Below, piece after piece: positions 61,734 to 64,000 of a DNA stretch of 64,000 nt. Source of the stretch: an uncultured delta proteobacterium (GTDB lineage: Bacteria; Myxococcota_A; Polyangia; Polyangiales; Houyiibacteriaceae); contig CAVOVB010000001.1 in NCBI GenBank assembly GCA_963699755.1, positions 448,001 through 512,000 of the forward strand, written 5' to 3'. Within the stretch, counting starts at the first letter, position 1; every line of letters starts with the position of its first letter. Made by a program: the position numbers and the translations under genes. Under the pieces are notes generated by a model. It saw nothing but the letters and a program-made list of their open reading frames with translations, ran no database searches and was not told the DNA's origin.

Positions 61734-62701
61734 GACCGCTTCCCCTCGGGATGGTGCTGACGTTTGCGCTCGAGGCGAAGAAGCGTCGGGCCAAGGCCCA
61801 CGGTCGCGATGTCGAGAAGACACTCAGGACCGGCCGCCAGCATTGCGAAGTGCTCGAGCGTCACCTCGGAGACCTCGGTCTCGACTTCAACGACCCGCAC
61901 CTTTCGCTCGAGGGCGTGGGCGAGGACTTCCTCGACAAGCGCACCGCCGACGAGACCAACAAGGGAACGACGGTGACGCCGCACACGGCGCTCAAGAACC
62001 TCAAGACGCTGTCCCAGGGACTTCGTGAGGCGCGCAAGCGCAAGTGCTTCGAGGGCGAACCGAGCGAGGTCATCCCGGAGTTCCTGACCGATGGTGCCGT
62101 CTACACTCCATCGGACCGCTGGCTCACGGCGGACGAGTTCGACGCGATGTTCAGCAAAGCGCCCGAGCAGCGCCGCAAAGACTTCGTGTTGGGCGTCGAG
62201 ACGGGCGCAGACCACGGCGAGCTCGAGAAGGTGGACAAGGCTCTCCATGTCGACCTCTCGACCGTGCGAGGCCCCCAAGGTGCCATACGACTGCCGGCGA
62301 CCAAGACCGAAGAGCGCGACCGCTGGATTCCGTTGAGCGTCGCAGCGCGCAAGGCCGTCGACGAGTGTCTCGCCGAAGAGGGCGATTACCTCGTGACGCC
62401 GTGGGCCAACTTCAAGCGCGACATGGCGAACCCATGCAAGCGCGCCGGCGTCGTGCCCTTCATCTGGAAAGACATTCGCCGCACGTTCGCGAGCCGTTGC
62501 GCGCAAGCGGGCGTGCCCGAGTTCTGGACGGTGAAGCTCATGGGCCACCGCGACAGCAAGATGATTCGTCGCGTCTATGCGCGTCTTTCGCCGGGAACCT
62601 ACACCGAGGCCATCAAGCGACTCGAGACGATTCCGTATGTCACGCCAGTGTCTCGTGGCGACATCGTCGAGCTCAGCAACTACAGGGAAAACCCTGCATG
62701 A
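61583..62701 (+). CDS. Tyrosine integrase
   Basis: VYKRGSVWW arm-binding start, TKT..R.R.IPL, DIRRTFAS, LMGH, RVY; ends 50 bp from the att repeat. Confidence 0.9.
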   Translation: MAKRVYKRGSVWWGDFRALGGKQESLGVTSKASALVRYNERELALSERRLGPLPLGMVLTFALEAKKRRAKAHGRDVEKTLRTGRQHCEVLERHLGDLGLDFNDPHLSLEGVGEDFLDKRTADETNKGTTVTPHTALKNLKTLSQGLREARKRKCFEGEPSEVIPEFLTDGAVYTPSDRWLTADEFDAMFSKAPEQRRKDFVLGVETGADHGELEKVDKALHVDLSTVRGPQGAIRLPATKTEERDRWIPLSVAARKAVDECLAEEGDYLVTPWANFKRDMANPCKRAGVVPFIWKDIRRTFASRCAQAGVPEFWTVKLMGHRDSKMIRRVYARLSPGTYTEAIKRLETIPYVTPVSRGDIVELSNYRENPA

Positions 62702-62750
62702 CTCAGGAAGCCATGGTGCAGAAACCCCTTATTCAAAACGACGCTGTATT

Positions 62751-62793
62751 GCTTAGAAGGCCACCGCTCTATCCAGCTGAGCTACAGGCGCGT
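62751..62793. repeat. att direct repeat, right (displaced 5' half of tRNA-Arg)
   Basis: Identical to 48971-49013; no T-arm or 3' acceptor strand adjacent. Confidence 0.95.
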
Positions 62794-62898
62794 CTCGGCG
62801 CTGTTTAGCACGATAAGCATTGAGGTGTACGTCGACGGCCATCGGACAGCGGCATTCCCCCCAAACCGCGCCACACAAACCCTCGCGGTCGCAGGCCG

Positions 62899-63336
62899 CT
62901 AGGCGGCCGACCCAGCAAGTCCGAGCGCGACCCGTATATCTCGCAACACGCTCTTCTCGACTGACTTGATGCGTCCGTCCGCAGAGGCTGCGATCTCGGC
63001 GGCACCCATGACGAGCTCCGCGTGTTTCGCAACGCCCTTGGCGCGGGCCACACAGCTCAGCGCAAGGCGCGTTCCGTCTTCGGGATCGGAGAGCATGACT
63101 TCAGACAAGTCACCGAAGGCTTGGGAGAGCTCGTCGAAATCGATTCTGGGGAAGACATCGGCCTTGGAAGCCAAGGTCTCGAGAAAACGATCTGCCTCTG
63201 CTTTGGTGAGCTCGCCGTCCGAGGCGGCCACCAACACAAACGCACCGGCCACCGCTCGCAGCAGGCCCGGCGGAACATGATCGTCAAAACGCTGCCATGC
63301 TGCGAGCGCGTAGGCGACTGACTCTTCTGGGATCAT
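62899..63336 (-). CDS. TerB-like protein
   Basis: LVAASDGELTKAE...IAASADGRIKSVE..L..I..ALGL. Confidence 0.8.
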   Translation of the reverse strand: MIPEESVAYALAAWQRFDDHVPPGLLRAVAGAFVLVAASDGELTKAEADRFLETLASKADVFPRIDFDELSQAFGDLSEVMLSDPEDGTRLALSCVARAKGVAKHAELVMGAAEIAASADGRIKSVEKSVLRDIRVALGLAGSAA

Positions 63337-63489
63337 CAATGGCTCTCCAATGAAATCAAGCGTAGCCCGATGTCCGGCCTCGGCCAGCGCGGATTCGTCC
63401 CGTGAAGCCAATCTAGTGAAATCAAGGCGCTTCTTTGGCACAGCGAGCACCCAGCCACGGAACGCGCCTGGGGGTCGAGTCCTACCAGT

Positions 63490-64000
63490 TCACGCCATCA
63501 GGTTTCCAAGAATCAGATCCGCAGCCCGCTCCGCCACCGCAACCGTGGGGGCGTGCGTATTGCCTGAGGGCAGCAAGGGGAAAATCGACGCGTCCGCGAT
63601 CCGCAACCCCTCGATCCCGTGCACCCTGAGCTCGTTGTCGACCACGGCCGTCGGATCCTCTACCGAGCCCATCTTCGAGGAGCCAACCGGATGATAGACG
63701 CTCATCCCCTCGGTCCTCCAGAACTCCAAAATCTCTTCGTCGCTCTGCACCGAGTCGCCGGGCAATATTTCGTAAGTGGCGTGCGGCTTGAACGCCTCTG
63801 ACTGGTAGATCTTTCGCTGCAGCTTGAATCCCTCGATGGCTAGCTCACGGTCGTGATCGGTCGACAAGTAGTTGTGGATGATCTTCGGGAAGGCGGTTGG
63901 ATCGGTGCTGCGCGCATGCACGCTCCCACGTGAAGTCGGTCGAATGATGCAGACCGTCGAGTTCACCCCGGGATCGGGCGTCGCCACCATCTTGCCGTCG
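63490..64000 (-). CDS. GMC oxidoreductase (choline dehydrogenase-like), C-terminal part
   Basis: RPTSRGSV, YHPVGS.KMG, LRVHGIEGLRIADASIFP..SGNTHAP. Confidence 0.9.
   Translation of the reverse strand, partial: DGKMVATPDPGVNSTVCIIRPTSRGSVHARSTDPTAFPKIIHNYLSTDHDRELAIEGFKLQRKIYQSEAFKPHATYEILPGDSVQSDEEILEFWRTEGMSVYHPVGSSKMGSVEDPTAVVDNELRVHGIEGLRIADASIFPLLPSGNTHAPTVAVAERAADLILGNLMA

Larger units (their letters stand above)
48971..62793. mobile_element. 13,780-bp integrated capsid-less replicon (satellite- or integrated-plasmid-like) in tRNA-Arg(TCT)
   Basis: 43-bp perfect direct repeats at both ends, with integrase, xis, primase, SF3 helicase and iterons inside. Confidence 0.9.

Noticed and set aside
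62751..62793. Second tRNA-Arg gene
   Set aside because: Only the 5' half is present; it is the att duplicate.
48971..62793. Complete prophage
   Set aside because: No terminase, portal, capsid, tail or lysis genes are recognisable in 13.8 kb.

Overview
GC-rich bacterial window. Gene style (PEGA/Ser-Thr kinase operon, Gly-rich lipoproteins) suggests a myxobacterium (Polyangiales-like); this is inference. It has three parts. (1) 1-~16.6 kb is the right arm of a decaying integrative mobilizable/conjugative island: HUH relaxase, oxidoreductase and membrane-protein cargo, then xis plus a tyrosine integrase broken by two in-frame stops, whose frame runs into the 3' end of tRNA-Lys in a His-Arg-Lys tRNA cluster. 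(2) ~17-48.9 kb is host backbone: kinase-PEGA-lipoprotein-HTTM operon, SLC13 permease, aminotransferase, ferredoxin, folE, steroid-type oxidoreductases, RND efflux and an APC permease. (3) 48971-62793 is a complete 13,780-bp capsid-less integrated replicon in tRNA-Arg(TCT). It duplicates the 5' half of the tRNA rather than the usual 3' half. It encodes a Toprim primase, a P4/D5-type SF3 helicase, an iteron-like origin, an SSB-like protein, a stand-alone Topo VI-A/Spo11-like (Mini-A-type) protein, a Cys-His-Asp transglutaminase-like protein, two RHH regulators, xis and a non-canonical integrase. Element 3 is the best candidate for an undescribed system. All calls come from reading motifs by eye; no database searches were run.
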